DNA from: a virus
Length of the DNA: 64,000 nt
Virus record (IMG/VR): IMGVR_UViG_3300015371_000010
Coordinates: 18,688-82,687 of that record
Strand: one strand, 5' to 3'
The notes under the pieces are model-generated. The model was given only the letters and a program-made list of their open reading frames with translations. It was not told the DNA's origin and ran no database searches. Position 1 is the stretch's first letter; each line of letters starts with the position of its first letter. This document shows, in pieces, positions 44,329-54,846 of the stretch. Made by a program: the position numbers and the translations under genes.

Positions 44329-44766
44329 GTGCCGACACAGAACGCGGGCAAGACCGTTGAGGCGCGCTCGAAGCAGTCGCAGGCTTCCAAGCGCGCCACC
44401 CTGGAGATGCTCCAGAACAAGCCACGCTCCACCACCGAGTTCTCGCTGTACCTGGGCGACGGCAATGGTGGAGCCAACGAGGTGACCCTGAAGTACCAGG
44501 CGATCGGGATGCGCGCCTACGACCGGCTGGTGGCCAAGCACCCACCCAAGCCCGAGCAGCGGGCCGAGGGTGCTTCCTTCGACATCGACACATTCGCGCC
44601 GGCGCTGATCGCCGCCTGCTCGGTGGACCCGGAGATCTCCCCGGCCGAGGCCAAGCAGATCTGGGACTCCGAGGACTGGTCGCGCGGGGATGTGATGGTC
44701 CTGTTCCGCAACGCGGTCGAGCTGAACAACCGGGGGCTGGACATCCCTTTCAGCGAGCGCGGCTGA
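44329..44766 (+). CDS. Tail assembly chaperone G
   Basis: AIG...YD.LVAKHPP...FDIDTFAPALIAAC; located between tail tube and TMP. Confidence 0.8.
   Translation: MPTQNAGKTVEARSKQSQASKRATLEMLQNKPRSTTEFSLYLGDGNGGANEVTLKYQAIGMRAYDRLVAKHPPKPEQRAEGASFDIDTFAPALIAACSVDPEISPAEAKQIWDSEDWSRGDVMVLFRNAVELNNRGLDIPFSERG
44745..44751 (+). other. Programmed -1 frameshift slippery site
   Basis: C CCT TTC (XXXYYYZ) just before the G stop; the -1 frame is open into the 44793-45119 ORF. Confidence 0.7.
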
Positions 44767-45119
44767 GGAAGGACCAGAACTTCTACCTGGAGATGCGCTA
44801 CTGCAACGAGCACGCCATCCCGCACTCCAAGTTCCTGACCTGGGACCCCGAGGACCGCGCCAAGTGTGTCGCCTTCATCCTGGAGGACTCGCTGCGCTGC
44901 AGCATGTGTGGCACTGCTCCCTGGGAGTGGGAGGAGAACAAGTTCGCCTTCACCGCGGTCGATGAGTTCTGCCAGGGCTGCTACCAGAAGGCCATCTTCG
45001 GCGACACGCAGGGGTCGTCACTGCCCGGGACCAATGTCAAACTGATCCCAACCACCCCGCAGCTCACAGCTCAGATGGCCATCAAGGCCAAGAAGCGGGC
45101 CAGGCTGAAGATGGACTAG
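44751..45119 (+). CDS. Tail assembly chaperone GT, frameshifted part
   Basis: -1 frame QRARLRKDQNFYLEMRYC...W..EDR...CSMCG...CQGC. Confidence 0.75.
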   Translation, partial: QRARLRKDQNFYLEMRYCNEHAIPHSKFLTWDPEDRAKCVAFILEDSLRCSMCGTAPWEWEENKFAFTAVDEFCQGCYQKAIFGDTQGSSLPGTNVKLIPTTPQLTAQMAIKAKKRARLKMD

Positions 45120-45127
45120 GACGAGAT

Positions 45128-48100
45128 GTGACGAGCCAGCCGGTTGAGGCGAACGTTGTCCTGACAGCGGACAACACTCAATACGACCAGGCGATGAACC
45201 AGTCGACTCAGTCGACTGACCGGTTGGGCTCCTCCCTCGACTCGCTGGGCCGCAAGATCTCCTCGATCACCAAGATGGCGGGGAAGTCCCTGCTCGGGAT
45301 CACTGCCGCCGACGTGGGGATGGTCACCTCCTTCACGGCTGCCTGGAACAGCTACGAGAAGCAGATGGCACGGCTGGAGGCTCAGGCTGCAGTGCTGAGC
45401 CGGTCCCAGGACACCCAGCGCCGGACCATGAAGGACTACACCGCAGCGGTCAAGGGGCTGCGGAACGAGTACGGCACCACCACCGGTGAGGCCGCGAAGC
45501 TGGTGCAGACCCTGGCCAAGGTCACCGATCAGCGGCAGACCAGAGGCCTGCAGGACCTGTCCAAGGTCTTCGTGGACATGTCGCATGCAACCGGGGAGAG
45601 CTCGGACGGTCTGGCCAGCTCGCTGACCAACCTGCAGAAGATCATGGGCACCCCGGTCAACGCCAAGACCACCCGGGATTACGCCGACACCTTCACCTAT
45701 CTGGCTGCCCAGACCAACACCAGCGCCCAGGGGCTGATCGACTTCACCGCCCAGCTGGCTCCGGTCTCCAAGCAGCTGGGGATGAGCACCCAGCAGGTCG
45801 CCGGCTTCGCCACCGCCTTCACCAAGGCCGGTGCCGAGGGGTTCACCGCGGCCAACGTCTACAACAAGGTCACCACCGACCTGGCCCAGTCCCTGGCCAC
45901 CGGGTCTCCGCAGCTCAAGCAGTACGCGAACCTGGTCGGGCTGACCGTCGAGTCCTTCAAGCGACTGGACCCGGCCGAGCAGTTCGTGGAGATCCTGGAG
46001 GCGATCCAGTCCAAGGGCAAGGGCGCGACCATCGAGCTGCAGCGGATGGGTCTGGATGCCCCTCGGACCATCGCGGCGGTCAACAAGATGGTCCAGGACT
46101 CCGGTGGCATCCGGGAGGCCCTGGGGATGGCCACCGACCCCAACGCCCGAGGTGCGGCAGCGCGCGGGGCTGAGGCGTCCACCAAGTCGCTGACCGATGA
46201 GTTCGGCAAGCTCCGCCAGGAGATGGAGCAGACCGCGGAGTCCATGGCCACCGTGGTCGGCCCCGGCTTCGAGAAGGTGATGCAGGGCATCGTCAAGCTC
46301 GCCGGCGTGGTCCAGGACATCGCCGAAGGGCCGATCGGTGAGTTCCTCCAGGTCGTGATGGCCATCGTGGCCCCGCTGACTGCCGGGGCCGGCGCGCTGC
46401 TGCTCTTCGCCGGCGCGCTGCTCAAGGTGGCCTCGGCCTTCATGGTGCTGCGCAACAGCGGCTCCATGGGTGTGCGCGAGGGCATGCGGGGCGCCCCCGG
46501 CATCGTCCGGAACCCGGACGGCACCTACTCCGGCCGGGGTGGTGCGGAGCTGGGCACCTTCGGTGGGCAGCTGGCTGCCGGTCCGAGCACCATGTTCCAG
46601 CGCGGGCTGTACAACACCGGGCAGATGGGTGGCTATGCACTGCGCCAGGCCACTGGTGGCATCCGCGGTGGCTGGCAGGCCGGTCGGTCCTGGTTCGATC
46701 CGAACTACACCCCGGGTCCCCAGCGCAGCGTGTTCTCCTACATGGCCGGTGGCACCGGGCGCGCCATCGACATGCTGCTCACCCCGCAGTTCGACCAGAT
46801 GCGCTACTCCGACCCGACCCGACGAGTACGCAGCCAGTTCTTCTCTCCCACCGTGCCGGTCTCCGAGGAGATGGCGACGGCCCGGGCAGCTTCTGAGGCG
46901 GCACGAGCCCAGGCCCGAATGAGCCGGGACGTGTTCGGGGCCACGGTGGCCTCCGGCGTTGGTGGTGATGTCGAGGAGCGAGCCCGCCGGCAGATGCACC
47001 GGGACAACCAGGCAGCCGCTGCAGCAGAACGGGCCTCTCGGCAGCTGACCGTCGCCCAGACCGAGGCGGTGCAGGCCACTCGGACCCAGAGCCGTGAGGT
47101 GAGCAGCAGCACCACCGGATTCCGCCGGCTGGGTCAGTCGCTGGTGGGGTTGGGTGGTGGCGCGATCGGTGGGCTCTACGGAGCCGGGGCCACCGGCGTC
47201 AGCGCCCTGATGCGCTCCGGCATGGGCGCCCAGATCGGTGCCGGTGTGGGCCTGGCCGGGATGCAGGCGGCCGGCGTGCAGTCCAACATGCTCACGCTCG
47301 GCGCGATGGGCACCATGATCATGCCCGGTTACGGCACTGCGGCCGGAGCTGCAGTCGGTGCCGCGCTGGACATGGCCCAGGGCAACAACGATGTCGCGGA
47401 CTCCATCAAGAACATCAACGATGCGGCCGACGAGGCCAGCCAGTCGGGGATGGGCCTGGCTGGGCTGAACGACGAGTTCGACAAGACCCAGACCAAGCTC
47501 AACGACTTCCAGAAGACCCTGGGCGACACCCACCCGCACGACGCGATCGTCCACACCGGGCGCTGGCTGACCTCGATCAAGAACGACTGGGAGGGCTGGC
47601 TCGGTACCTCCGATGTCGACGAGCTGCAGCAGCAGGTCGATGAGGCCGGCGGCAAGCTGAGCAAGGTCGAGGGCACCATCCGGGACCTGGCCAAGCAGTC
47701 CGGGGTCAAGTTCACCGGCACCCGGGAGAACCAGCTCCAGCAGATGGAGCAGTTCATGCAGACCACCGGGGCGGCTGGTCTGAGCCGGGCCGGGATCGAC
47801 TTCGGGACCCTGCAGAACCTGCGGAACATGCCTCTGGGCGCACCGATCTACCAGGCGGTCCTGGCCCAGGTCGGGATGCCCAGCATGGACCAGTCGGTGC
47901 AGGCTCGGCTGACCGCTCAGGGCGGGGCCGGTGCCGCGCTGTACACCAACCGTGAAGCCCAGCTGGCCCTGCAGAACCAGGGCGACGTGGCCCAGCAGTA
48001 TCGGGCCGTCAACTCGCTGTACCGGGACCTGCGCGGCAAGGGCATGACCAACCTGCAGATCCTGGGCTCTGCGGTGGCCGCCCAGGCCGAGATCGGCGTG

Positions 48101-50761
48101 GAGAGCGACCCCGGGTACATCCTGCAGGCCGCGCTGGCCGGGCGGACCCAGCAGAACCTGCAGATCGGCGCGCCGATGCTGACCCGGACCCAGGGGCTGC
48201 AGCAGCAGATCGGTGCCTATCGGCAGGTAGCGGCCACCGCACCGACCACTGGGCCGCTGGCCGAGCAGGCCGAGCAGATGCGGACCGCCACCGCGCAGGC
48301 CTTCGTCGACCAGGGTGCCTACTTCAAGCAGCTGCTCCTGGCCCAGCAGCAGTTCGAGCTCTCCCGGTCCCGGGCCCAGGAGGACTACAACCTGCAGCGG
48401 CAGTACTCCGAGTACGACTTCAACCTGAGCCGTGAGCGGGCCGAGGAGAACTACCAGCGGCAGCGGAGTCGGGGCGTCCAGGACTACTACCGGGGCGTAC
48501 GCCGGGCCAATCAGGAGTTCAACATCCAGCGCCGGCGCCAGGAAGCCGACTTCAACCACCAGGTCGAGGTCCAGGCCACCCAGATGGCCCAGAGCGTCTA
48601 CAACATCTACGAGCGGGTGCAGACCCAGCGCACCAGCTCGGCGGAGTGGATCCTGAACAACGCTCGGGACCAGCTGCAGCGGATGCAGGAGCAGGAGCAG
48701 AACCTGGACGCCCTGCGTCAGCGCGGCCTGAGCAACACCGCGATCCAGCAGCTCGGCCTGACCGACCCGAACAACGCCCAGCAGCTGGCTCGGTTCGTCA
48801 CCGAGGTCACCCCGCAGATGATCGCCCAGTTCAACAAGGTGGCCGGCTCGGAGCGGGTCAAGGCGGCCAAGGAGCTGGTCACCGACCCGTCCAGCTTGGA
48901 GTTCCAGGAGATGGTCCGGGGCCAGCGGGTCTCGATGCGCCGGGCCAAGTCCGACTTCGACCGGATGATGGAGCAGGGCCACGACGACTTCGAGCGGATG
49001 CTGAAGCGTCAGGATGACGACTTCGACCGGATGATGTCCCAGCAGCTGGAGGACTACCACACCGGGATGGCCCGACAGGAGAAGGCCTACAACCGGCAGA
49101 TGGACCGGGCGGCCGAGGACTTCGCCAACATGGCCAACGAGATCGACATGTCTCTGGAGCAGGTGCTGGAGACCGCCACCACCAAGCTGTCCGGCCACGC
49201 CCAGGAGCAGGCGCAGCAGGTGCTGAAGTCCTTCAAGAACCTCAAGCACAGCGCCAAGCCCGAGGCCGTGGCGCTGATGCAGGACCTGGCCGACATCTTC
49301 GGGTTCGAGTACACCGCGCCGAAGAAGAACAGCGCCGCGGAGATCACCACACCCAGCGGCAAGCCGGTCCCGCTACCCGGCGCCTACAACACCGGAGGCA
49401 CCGTGCCCGGCTACAACCCGGGTCGGGACACCCACGTCATCATGGTCGGCGGGGGCGAGGGCATCCTGCGGCCAGAGGCCACCCGGGCCCTGGGTGGTTC
49501 CAGGGCCATCGATGCGATCAACCATGCGGCCAAGCACGGTGGCTTCGCCGAGGGCGGGGTCTACTGGCCAGTGCCAGGGCATGAAGTCTCCACCTACCCG
49601 GGCCACGACGGCATCGACATCAACCGGGGCTCTGGCTCAGATGACCTGGGAGACCCGATCCGGGCGTTCCGCTCCGGCGTCATCAGCTATGTCGGCACCG
49701 GGCATGGCTATGGCCAGGCCATCTTCGAGAGCACCACGGCCGCTCCGGTGGTCTACGGCCACACCTCGAAGGTCTATGTGAAGGCCGGCCAGCAGGTGGA
49801 AGGCGGTCAGCTGATCGGCTTGGTCGGCTCCACCGGAAACTCCTCGGCACCACACCTGCACTTCGGCATCCCCGGCGGCACCAGCTCGCAGGCGATGGCG
49901 CTCCTGGCCGGGGCGATGATCTCCGGCTTTGCCCAGTCGATGTTCGGCGGTCCAGCCGCACCGGACCTGGCCGGAGTGCTCAAGGACAGCTACCCGAAGG
50001 CGGAGAAGGCGGCGGCGGAGATGTCCGGAGTGCACCCACTGCAGCCCGGGATGATCTCCTCGGTGATCAACCGGTTCGCCCGCAAGCGGATCCGTCAGCT
50101 CGGCCGGACCATGGGGTTCAGTGGCTCGGACATGGGGATCGGCCGGGAGCCCGGGGAGAACCTGACCAACGAGCAGATCGTGCACACCGGGGCGAACCGG
50201 CTGGGCTGGGGCGACCAGTGGTCGGCGCTGCGGCAGCTGATCATGCATGAGTCCGGGTTCAACAACCGGGCCCAGAACCCGAACTCCACCGCCTACGGAA
50301 TGTTCCAGTTCCTGGACAGCACCTGGGCCGGCACCGGGATCCAGAAGACCTCCGACCCCTGGAAGCAGACCCAGGCCGGCCTGAGGTACATCAAGGACCG
50401 GTACGGCTCGCCGGCCGACGCCTGGGCCTGGTGGCAGGACCACAACTGGTACAAGAACGGCTCGGTGTTCACCAGCCCGCAGACCATCGGAGTGGGCGAG
50501 GCCGGTCCCGAGGCAGTGATCCCGCTGAACGCCAAGGGCGGGGAGTTCATGGCCGATGTGATGGCGCGCTCGGTGGGGATGGGTGGCACCCCGGCCGGAG
50601 GTTCGATGCACGTCTACAACACCCGGGTGGACCGCTCCACCAACTTCACCGGGCCGATCATGGTGCAGGCCAACAACCCCGAGGAGCTGCTGGCCAAGCT
50701 GCAGCAGCGGCAGCGGGTGATGGCTCTGAGCAGGCCCTCACTGACAGGATCGGCGGCATGA
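45128..50761 (+). CDS. Tape measure protein with C-terminal M23 peptidase and lytic transglycosylase domains
   Basis: 1877 aa helical; 11-aa periodic (D/E)F.R repeats; HDGIDI, YGH, GNSSAPHLHF (M23); MHESGFN, AYGMFQFL, YIKDRYG (SLT). Confidence 0.92.
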   Translation: MTSQPVEANVVLTADNTQYDQAMNQSTQSTDRLGSSLDSLGRKISSITKMAGKSLLGITAADVGMVTSFTAAWNSYEKQMARLEAQAAVLSRSQDTQRRTMKDYTAAVKGLRNEYGTTTGEAAKLVQTLAKVTDQRQTRGLQDLSKVFVDMSHATGESSDGLASSLTNLQKIMGTPVNAKTTRDYADTFTYLAAQTNTSAQGLIDFTAQLAPVSKQLGMSTQQVAGFATAFTKAGAEGFTAANVYNKVTTDLAQSLATGSPQLKQYANLVGLTVESFKRLDPAEQFVEILEAIQSKGKGATIELQRMGLDAPRTIAAVNKMVQDSGGIREALGMATDPNARGAAARGAEASTKSLTDEFGKLRQEMEQTAESMATVVGPGFEKVMQGIVKLAGVVQDIAEGPIGEFLQVVMAIVAPLTAGAGALLLFAGALLKVASAFMVLRNSGSMGVREGMRGAPGIVRNPDGTYSGRGGAELGTFGGQLAAGPSTMFQRGLYNTGQMGGYALRQATGGIRGGWQAGRSWFDPNYTPGPQRSVFSYMAGGTGRAIDMLLTPQFDQMRYSDPTRRVRSQFFSPTVPVSEEMATARAASEAARAQARMSRDVFGATVASGVGGDVEERARRQMHRDNQAAAAAERASRQLTVAQTEAVQATRTQSREVSSSTTGFRRLGQSLVGLGGGAIGGLYGAGATGVSALMRSGMGAQIGAGVGLAGMQAAGVQSNMLTLGAMGTMIMPGYGTAAGAAVGAALDMAQGNNDVADSIKNINDAADEASQSGMGLAGLNDEFDKTQTKLNDFQKTLGDTHPHDAIVHTGRWLTSIKNDWEGWLGTSDVDELQQQVDEAGGKLSKVEGTIRDLAKQSGVKFTGTRENQLQQMEQFMQTTGAAGLSRAGIDFGTLQNLRNMPLGAPIYQAVLAQVGMPSMDQSVQARLTAQGGAGAALYTNREAQLALQNQGDVAQQYRAVNSLYRDLRGKGMTNLQILGSAVAAQAEIGVESDPGYILQAALAGRTQQNLQIGAPMLTRTQGLQQQIGAYRQVAATAPTTGPLAEQAEQMRTATAQAFVDQGAYFKQLLLAQQQFELSRSRAQEDYNLQRQYSEYDFNLSRERAEENYQRQRSRGVQDYYRGVRRANQEFNIQRRRQEADFNHQVEVQATQMAQSVYNIYERVQTQRTSSAEWILNNARDQLQRMQEQEQNLDALRQRGLSNTAIQQLGLTDPNNAQQLARFVTEVTPQMIAQFNKVAGSERVKAAKELVTDPSSLEFQEMVRGQRVSMRRAKSDFDRMMEQGHDDFERMLKRQDDDFDRMMSQQLEDYHTGMARQEKAYNRQMDRAAEDFANMANEIDMSLEQVLETATTKLSGHAQEQAQQVLKSFKNLKHSAKPEAVALMQDLADIFGFEYTAPKKNSAAEITTPSGKPVPLPGAYNTGGTVPGYNPGRDTHVIMVGGGEGILRPEATRALGGSRAIDAINHAAKHGGFAEGGVYWPVPGHEVSTYPGHDGIDINRGSGSDDLGDPIRAFRSGVISYVGTGHGYGQAIFESTTAAPVVYGHTSKVYVKAGQQVEGGQLIGLVGSTGNSSAPHLHFGIPGGTSSQAMALLAGAMISGFAQSMFGGPAAPDLAGVLKDSYPKAEKAAAEMSGVHPLQPGMISSVINRFARKRIRQLGRTMGFSGSDMGIGREPGENLTNEQIVHTGANRLGWGDQWSALRQLIMHESGFNNRAQNPNSTAYGMFQFLDSTWAGTGIQKTSDPWKQTQAGLRYIKDRYGSPADAWAWWQDHNWYKNGSVFTSPQTIGVGEAGPEAVIPLNAKGGEFMADVMARSVGMGGTPAGGSMHVYNTRVDRSTNFTGPIMVQANNPEELLAKLQQRQRVMALSRPSLTGSAA

Positions 50762-51201
50762 GCAGCCTGCAGTACATGGCGGCAGAGATCTCCTACGGGA
50801 CCAGGTGGATCAACCTCAACGACGGGATCAACTACAAGATCGGCGCAGAGGGCACTCGGGACCAGGTGTCCAAGAGCTGGCGCAAGGTGATCGCCAACTC
50901 CCCGATCCTGGGTGGTGACTACCTGGTCCATGCGGTGCCGGACATGGTCCAGGAACGGGTCTCGGTGTTCATCTACGGGCAGACCCATACCGAGGTGAGC
51001 GACAACCTGTACCAGCTCCAGGACCTGTTCGAGCAGTACGACTACCGGATCCGGTGGACCACCGATGAGTACCGGGAGTACTGGCGCTGCCAGCTGGCCG
51101 ACGCCACGCTGAGCCGGGGTCAGGTCTGGACCCACAACCTGATGGCCAAGGCCGACTTCGTGGTGCCGCGCTACCCGGATGTGTCCAGGGAGCATCTCTG
51201 A
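50758..51201 (+). CDS. Minor tail protein (Dit-like)
   Basis: ATGA overlap with the TMP stop; position. Confidence 0.6.
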   Translation: MSSLQYMAAEISYGTRWINLNDGINYKIGAEGTRDQVSKSWRKVIANSPILGGDYLVHAVPDMVQERVSVFIYGQTHTEVSDNLYQLQDLFEQYDYRIRWTTDEYREYWRCQLADATLSRGQVWTHNLMAKADFVVPRYPDVSREHL

Positions 51202-51641
51202 TGCCCGGTCGGCTCACGGTCTGGGGCGCTGGCCAGATCCTGACCAGCTACTTCGCCCGGACCACCACCCCGCCGCCGGCGTTCTACCTGGCCCTGGTCC
51301 GGAACATCCCGCCCACCCCGTACATGTCCGGCTCCGAGCTCGACGAGCCGGACAACATTGACTACGCCCGGGTGCTCATCGAGAACGACCTGGCGCACTG
51401 GTCGAACTCATCGCAGCCCCAGGAGATCTTCAACGTGATGCCCAGTCAGTTCATCACGGCCACCAGTGACTGGGGACAGATCAACTTCTGGGCGCTGTGC
51501 AACGCCGACGTGGACGGCTACAACCTGGTCGTGGGCAACCTGGACAACCCAGTGGTGATCGAGGCGGGAGATCAGGCAGTGTTCGCGGACGGGGACCTGA
51601 GCGTGTCCCTGGGCCCGTTCTACCTGGCCGAGGAGGCCTAG
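51201..51641 (+). CDS. Minor tail protein
   Basis: FYLAL....P...E....YARV...ATSDWGQI..WAL..A...N....G.L...I.AGD...F..GDL. Confidence 0.7.
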   Translation: MPGRLTVWGAGQILTSYFARTTTPPPAFYLALVRNIPPTPYMSGSELDEPDNIDYARVLIENDLAHWSNSSQPQEIFNVMPSQFITATSDWGQINFWALCNADVDGYNLVVGNLDNPVVIEAGDQAVFADGDLSVSLGPFYLAEEA

Positions 51642-52615
51642 TGGCCACGGTGCCGATCAAGCCCGGGAAGACCGAGATCCAGCTGACTGCGCGGGGCCGG
51701 CTGAACCGGATCCCGCCCCAACTGCTGGAGGTTCCTGGTGGGCTGTACCCACTGCACAGTGCGGCGTACGAGGTCGATGAGTACCGGATCATGGCGGGCT
51801 GGCCAGTGCCGGTACCGACGGGTGACATCCGCATCGACTGTCTGGTCAGCGCCGAGGGAGACGTGCTGGGTAATCGTGACGCGCCGACCTCACTGACCAC
51901 CAACGCGGACATGCGCTGGGTGGCGGATGCCGACTTCTACGACCAGATCGCGATGCTGTGGCGACCGCTGCAGAGCGATGTCTCGCCCTGGGTGACCTCG
52001 GTGGATCACGCGCCGGCGCTGATCACCAACTACGAGTATCGAGTGGGCCAGGAGCGGTTCGTCTCGATGACCGCGCTGAACTTCGACTCCGACAACGCCG
52101 ACTACATGTGGAACGACCTGAGCCTGTCCATGGGCGGGACCAGCGGCTACACGCTGATCATGGTGGTCTGCCCGAACTCGATCTACGGCAATGCGGTGGT
52201 CTTCGACAATGCCTTCTGGGGGCCGGACAACACCAGCGGCGCCTACGCCATGTTCTCGGTCCGGGAGAAGTCGGTGTTCATGACCACCGAGCTGATGCCG
52301 CCCCAGAAGGGGGTGCCGATCGGCGGTGCCCTGGTCAACACCGCGCCCACCTACCTGGCCCTGGTGGTGGCCAGGCCGCAGACGGTCATGTACGCGGCCT
52401 CAGGGCCCTCGAACGTGCAGACCAAGTCCTTGGTCGCTGGACCGGCTCCGGTGTCCCTGAGCACCCGTTTCCGGCTCGGCTGGGGGCCTTCCCCGGCCAG
52501 CGCCACCATGGACATGGCTCTGATGGACCTGGGCATCTACGGGGACGTGCTCACCAGGCAGCAGGTGCTGGCCGAGATCACCCTGCTCAGCCAGGTCTAC
52601 GGCGGTGACACGTGA
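51641..52615 (+). CDS. Minor tail protein (LamG/lectin-like)
   Basis: TAGTG overlap; RWVADAD start and ..IY..VLT..QV......L..VYG end. Confidence 0.6.
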   Translation: MATVPIKPGKTEIQLTARGRLNRIPPQLLEVPGGLYPLHSAAYEVDEYRIMAGWPVPVPTGDIRIDCLVSAEGDVLGNRDAPTSLTTNADMRWVADADFYDQIAMLWRPLQSDVSPWVTSVDHAPALITNYEYRVGQERFVSMTALNFDSDNADYMWNDLSLSMGGTSGYTLIMVVCPNSIYGNAVVFDNAFWGPDNTSGAYAMFSVREKSVFMTTELMPPQKGVPIGGALVNTAPTYLALVVARPQTVMYAASGPSNVQTKSLVAGPAPVSLSTRFRLGWGPSPASATMDMALMDLGIYGDVLTRQQVLAEITLLSQVYGGDT

Positions 52616-54846
52616 GGTCGCTGACCGCCTACGCCAGCGAGCAGCAGGCGCTGGGCTTCTTCCGGATCTTCGCCACCCCGCCCGGGGGCTTCGAGCGGGA
52701 GATCACCCTGTTCCGGAACGCCCCGGTGAAGCTCGGCTCGGTGACCACCCAGGACCCGTTCACCGAGCAGACCGCCAGCCTGAGCTTCCCGCAGATCACC
52801 ATCTTCGACACCCCCGGCCAGGGCGACCTGGACTGGCTGGTGCCGGACTGCGACATCGACATCGTCTTCCAGAACACCGGTGGCTACGACCTGGACTGGC
52901 GCTGGGAGGGCTACATCGCCTCCTACGCCTTCAGCCTGTCCGGCACTGACTCCTCCTTCAGCATGGACCTGAAGGGTGCCTTCTACGCGCTGGACGACTA
53001 CCTGGCGGTGCCCACCCATCCGAACCGACCGATCCCGTACGAGATTCTCATCGCCCAGGCCTTCGACCAGGACCAGCACCCGGCGCACCTGGGCAAGTTC
53101 CGGATCCGGTTCCCCAGCGACTGGGGTGACCATGCCGAGCATCGGGTGCCGCCGTTCACCGACCCGATCTACCTCTCCGCGCTCAAGCCCTGGGGTGTGG
53201 CCACCGACCAGCTCTGGACCGGGTTCACCTCCCGGAACACCGGCTCCTGGGAGCCGATGCTGTCCGGCTTCGTGCAGTCCCTGCTCACCGTGATGTTCGC
53301 CGAGGGCGGCGCCCAGTGGAGCATCCGGAACCGGAGCCGGCGCCGGCCGGAGCTGTTCCTGCGCAAGATCCCGGACGCGGCCGACGACTCGATCATCGAG
53401 ATCTACCTGGGGGCGCCCGGGGTCACCTTCGACGGCAGCCGGGACTTCACCCAGCGGGCCGGGGTGATCTACGGCTCCGGCAAGGATGAGGCCGGGGTCC
53501 AGTACTCGAACATCCAGGTCTCGCCTGATGGTCGGTCCACCTACTTCAAGCCGTTCGCCTACTCGGCCCGGATGTGGCCGCGGAAGAACAACCCGAACTA
53601 CGACCGCAAGGCCAAGCCCAAGGAGACGATGCTCCGGTTCCAGGACGGGGTGGACGAGGTGAGTGCCACCAAGATCGCCCTGGGCCAGTACCAGCGGTTC
53701 GCCGAGCCCGGGATCACCGGGTCGATCACCCTGACCACCGACCCCCGGCGCTCCAACGGCGCGCTGATGCCCCGGCTGATGATCCGGGGTGGCCAGAGCA
53801 TCCGGATCCACGGCCTGTTCGGGGTGCGCGAGGGCGTGCTGGCCCACATCACCTCAGCCACCGCAGACTTCGACTCGCTGACCACCCAGCTCACCTTCGA
53901 CACCAAGTACCGCGACCAGCTCACCGTGGAGGAGGTGCGAGCTCGGACCAGGGACGCGCTCACCCCGCTCCGGGCGCTGCAGGTGGGCAAGTACTCCAAC
54001 ACCATCCAGGACCTGGTGCTGCCCTGGTCCTACAAGGCCGGCTCCGGGATCGTGCCCACCGCGGCGATGGAGTTCTTCAACGAGAAGCTGCCCAGCAACG
54101 CCACCTTCCCCTACGAGGAGTGGACCCAGAAGTATCCGCCCAAGACCCACCCGTCCTGGTACATCAGGATCGGGCCCACCGACCGGGACAACGCCAGCAA
54201 CAACTGGTGCAGCGAGTCCAGGGATGGCCAGCAGACCATGGCGATCCCGATCCGGATGTCCCAGGCCGGCTCGATCCGGAGCACCCAGATCGCGGCCTAC
54301 GACAAGAACGGCAACCTGACGCCGGTCAAGTTCCACGCCAGCGTCTACATGAACAACGGCACCGCGGTGAACGCGATGCCCAAGTTCCCGGTGGCCCGGG
54401 CCGCGGCGCACTTCCCGAAGTACCTGGACGCCCGGAAGACCGACGGCTCGGTGATCCCGACCACCTACGACGTGTACCAGGCGCACCCGTTCTACAAGGG
54501 TGGCTGGGAGCATGTGCAGCCCGATGGCACCCACTTCCCGTGGGGCAACGACACCCAGCTGCCCACCGACACCGCTGGACTGGTGGTGGGCTGGGGCAAC
54601 TACTACGAGCCGGCCGGCTACTCCCCGGGTCGGTTCTCCAAGGGTGCGGCCAGGACCGGAGTACTGACCGACGACTCCGCCTGGAGCTGGGACCTGACCC
54701 CGGACCTGAACCTCGACAAGCCCAAGCAGAACGATCCAGAGAACTACGCCGGGATGCTGTTCATCATGATCTACTGCGATGACCAGAACACCGATCCGGT
54801 GTTCTTCATGGGCCGCTTCATCCGAGTGGAACCAGGACAGAGCTGA
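52612..54846 (+). CDS. Minor tail protein (baseplate hub/Tal-like)
   Basis: 744 aa in the tail operon; WEGYI, IRGGQSIRI...HIT. Confidence 0.65.
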   Translation: MRSLTAYASEQQALGFFRIFATPPGGFEREITLFRNAPVKLGSVTTQDPFTEQTASLSFPQITIFDTPGQGDLDWLVPDCDIDIVFQNTGGYDLDWRWEGYIASYAFSLSGTDSSFSMDLKGAFYALDDYLAVPTHPNRPIPYEILIAQAFDQDQHPAHLGKFRIRFPSDWGDHAEHRVPPFTDPIYLSALKPWGVATDQLWTGFTSRNTGSWEPMLSGFVQSLLTVMFAEGGAQWSIRNRSRRRPELFLRKIPDAADDSIIEIYLGAPGVTFDGSRDFTQRAGVIYGSGKDEAGVQYSNIQVSPDGRSTYFKPFAYSARMWPRKNNPNYDRKAKPKETMLRFQDGVDEVSATKIALGQYQRFAEPGITGSITLTTDPRRSNGALMPRLMIRGGQSIRIHGLFGVREGVLAHITSATADFDSLTTQLTFDTKYRDQLTVEEVRARTRDALTPLRALQVGKYSNTIQDLVLPWSYKAGSGIVPTAAMEFFNEKLPSNATFPYEEWTQKYPPKTHPSWYIRIGPTDRDNASNNWCSESRDGQQTMAIPIRMSQAGSIRSTQIAAYDKNGNLTPVKFHASVYMNNGTAVNAMPKFPVARAAAHFPKYLDARKTDGSVIPTTYDVYQAHPFYKGGWEHVQPDGTHFPWGNDTQLPTDTAGLVVGWGNYYEPAGYSPGRFSKGAARTGVLTDDSAWSWDLTPDLNLDKPKQNDPENYAGMLFIMIYCDDQNTDPVFFMGRFIRVEPGQS

